Source of the DNA: Octopus sinensis
Taxonomy: Eukaryota
Assembly (NCBI RefSeq): GCF_006345805.1
Contig: NC_042998.1
Span: forward strand, 26,350,001-26,414,000
DNA length: 64,000 bases
Direction of reading: 5' to 3'
The position numbers and the translations under genes are program-made. The notes under the pieces were generated by a model that ran no database searches, was not told the origin of the DNA, and saw only the letters and a program-made list of their open reading frames with translations. This document shows positions 60,801 through 64,000 of this stretch, one piece after another. Every line of letters starts with the position of its first letter. Position 1 is the first letter of the stretch.

Positions 60801-61429
60801 ATAATCATGTGCTGCTGACCTACCAACACTTGCAAGATGAAAAATTAGATCACTAAATTATATTATATATAGGAATATTTTTGTCGGTGAGAGAATCTGA
60901 CTTTTCCCCATCTTTGTTGATTTTTGGTTTAATGAGCTTACAAACCCATTAGTGCCCTACTTCACATTTCAAGGAGTTCATGCCAAAATTATTATTGTTG
61001 GGATTTTCCCAATAAATATACAATAATGCAATTCAAAGTGAAGAGGCAGAATGGTGTCAATCCAAATTCACTTGAAATTTGAAACTTCTGGAGAGAATTT
61101 CTCCAAGAGGGGCAGTGCCTAGAGGCAAGTTTGGTTGGGCATTTCAGAATGTTTTTCCATGTTGGAAACACTGTCCCATTAGAAAACTCTTGCCAAAGTA
61201 TGGAATATTTTATTGATAACACCTTCAGAAACTGATCAAGTACATTGATTTTCTATCTCAGTGCTGGCTGAACTTTTGCCATCACACCTAGAATCTATAA
61301 TTCTTCATAATCCTGTTTTCAATATATTCCAATGGGATACACTTAACCAACAGTTCTCAGCCATGGCTCCCAGGCTCGAGCATCCTTCTGGCAGCCCTCA
61401 ATAATCATCCTTCAATAAATCATATTCAG

Positions 61430-62000
61430 CATCATCATCATCATTGTTTAACATCCGTTTTCCATGCTGGCATGGGTTGGACAATTTGACTGGGAACTGG
61501 CAAGCCAGCTAGGCTGCGCTATGCTTCAATCTGATCTGGTATGGATTTTTACAGCTGGATGCCCTTCCTAACATCAACCACTCAGAGAGTGTAGTGGATG
61601 CTTTTTACATGCCACCAGCATGGGAGCCAGTGAGGTGGCATTGGCATCAACCCATATTCAGATGGTGCTTTTTACATGCCACCGGCACAGGAGCCAGTCG
61701 GGAGGGGGGAGACTGGCATTGACCACATTTGGATGGTGCTTTTTACATGTCACCAGCACAGGAAGCCAGTCAGGCAGCAAGCACTAACATTGACCCATGC
61801 TTGAATGGTACTTATTACGTGCCACCAACATGGGTGCCAGTCAGGCGGCACTGGCATTAGCCACAACCACTATTTCCATTTAGATTTTGATCTTGATTTG
61901 CTTTTGATTTTGACTTTACTTGACTCAGTAGGTCTTCTCAAGTGCAACGTATCACCCAATGATTCAAGGGTACTTTTAAATGGGCTGGTTATGCATTTTC
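61430..62000 (-). mobile_element. Family C LINE 3'UTR with about four tandem units
   Basis: Family match. Confidence 0.85.
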
Positions 62001-62864
62001 TTTAATTGAATTATGTTTTACTGTTTTTGGTGGAGACCCCTAGAAAAATCCAGATTTTGGATCTGGACCAAATTTTTAAAATGTTCAAAACCACATCACT
62101 TAACATTTAGTATTATTGTTGAGAAAATAACTTTCAGCTTCAGTTGCTACTTTTTTTTTAATAGTAAATGTTGTGTTGTATCCTTTATGCCTTTACCTTA
62201 TTATATCGCAATATGTTCATGATCATCTTACATTATATCAAATTCTTCAAAAATTAAAGATTTATTGTCTAGTTTCAGAACTGCTCATCTATTTATAACA
62301 TCATCTCAACTTCAGATCGGAATCACTAGTTTTCTATTGCTATAGCTGCCAATCTTAATTGCTAAGAACATTGTAAACACCAGTTTAAAGATCTCTCCGT
62401 ATGTTATGCTGATACTGTCTCTGTCATTCACAGTAAATATTACACAATCTTAATGACAGAGATTATCAGCTTATTTACAAATCATTACCAAACGTTTTGC
62501 ATATGAACTGGAAAAACTATCACACAAGAGATGTCATTATATCAATTGTCATAGCTTTTAAACAGATTTTGATTTCTATCAGTTTACCAATGGAGTGATT
62601 GCTTCTCAGCTGGATAATATTTTATGTGTTCTAGCAATAATTAGAGTCCTACATAATTATGCTGTTCTTTAAGCCCAGCTCAGCATTTATTTAGAGTATA
62701 TTTATGACTCCATTATCCAAATATGTACTTGCTTTGCTTTTTTTAAAACAAGATTGTTATTTGGGTGAGATTTGGCAGCTATTTCAGGCAGGCTGAGTGA
62801 TTACATATAGGCTTCTTCACTGGCCCATCTCATATAATTTTGTATTGAGAGAGGCATAGGTTCA

Positions 62865-63195
62865 TCATCATCATCATCGTTTAGCATCCGCTTTCCATGC
62901 TGGCATGGGTTGGACGGTTCAACTGGGGTCTGGGAAGCCAGAAGACTGCACCAGGCCCAGTCTGATCTGGCAATGTTTCTACGGCTGGATGCTCTTCCTA
63001 ACGCCAACCACTCCATGAGTGTAGTGGGTGCTTTTTACGTGCCACCAGCACAGGTGCCAGACGACGCTGGCAAACGGCCACGATCGGATGGAGCTTTTTA
63101 CGTGCCACCGGCATGGAAGCCAGTCAGGGCGGCGCTGGCAACGGCCACGTTCGGATGGTTCTCTTATGTGCCACCAGCACTGGTATCACAGCTAC
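62865..63195 (-). mobile_element. Family C tail
   Basis: Family match. Confidence 0.88.
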
Positions 63196-63199
63196 AATT

Positions 63200-63505
63200 A
63201 CCAAACTTTTACTTGTTTCAGTCATTAAACTGTGGCCATGCTGGAACACCTCCTCCAAACAGCTAAGTCATGGGGGCATTAACAAACCAACACTACTTGT
63301 CAAGCAGCAGTGGGGGACAGACACACACACACACACACAAACAAACAACAGACATTTCAGTTTCCATGTACCAAATCCCCTCACAAGGCTCTGGTCAATC
63401 TGAGACTATAATAGAAGACATTTGTCCAAGGTGTCACACAGTGGGACTGAACCCAGAACCATGTGGTCAGGAAGCAAATTTCTTACCACACAGCCACTCC
63501 AGCAC
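63200..63505 (-). mobile_element. SINE-A with internal deletion
   Basis: Tail and head present, middle missing. Confidence 0.75.
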
Positions 63506-64000
63506 CTTTAAGGAAAACTTTATTTGAAGGGAAAATTTTATTTTAGTTAATCAACTCAAATTTCATTTTGATTAATAAACTCCAAACAGTAAATAAACTT
63601 TACTTCAGTTAATTAGCCCCCAATTATGGAATGAAAGGGTAATGGGAAGTTTATGAAATCTAAGAAAAATTTCTTACTGCAATAAGAAGTGCTCATTGCA
63701 CTTTCATGTTTATGGGATAATCATCATACTCATTATACAAATAAAACTCTTATATGTACTTTCACACCAAAGACAAAGTGAGATTTGAAACCAATCTTTT
63801 TTAAAAATTATTTTGTAATTAATATTAAATAACATTTTTTTATGACTGATATTTAATATCATTTCGTTACAATTTCAGAACATTAGCAAAAGCTTGTTAA
63901 TATACGAATAAATTAATGTTTCTTAAAGACAGACTTAATAAATTTCATCCTGAAATAATATATAACAAAACTAAAATATGAATTAAAAAAAATTTTTGTT

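Overview
AT-rich eukaryotic window dominated by repeats, with no protein-coding gene I can recognise. It is probably intronic or intergenic. The repeat families look like those of an octopod cephalopod (Octopus-like); this is my recognition, not a database result. Most ORF-track entries are microsatellite or SINE read-throughs. Contents: about 30 copies or fragments of a tRNA-headed SINE with a central (TA/TG)n tract (SINE-A); about 12 copies of a second SINE (SINE-B); several further tRNA-headed SINEs; about 20 (GAT)n-tailed 3' ends of an RTE-superfamily LINE, whose ORF2 end survives at 24.9-26.25 kb; a TSD-flanked BovB-type RTE fragment; RTE-1, CR1-like and Penelope (GIY-YIG) fragments; a near full-length Tc1 transposon with DD36E spacing; Tigger and mariner remnants; piggyBac-, mariner- and Tc2-type MITEs; and two non-autonomous Helitrons. 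The most interesting signal is at least seven hammerhead-ribozyme-like motifs from at least six sequence-distinct small elements, most flanked by (TA)n. Alongside them are about ten local fold-back palindromes, several of which pivot at a hammerhead 3' half (GAAAC-N-GTH). Together these suggest microsatellite-targeting, Penelope-derived hairpin/ribozyme mini-elements. Boundaries were read by eye and are approximate.
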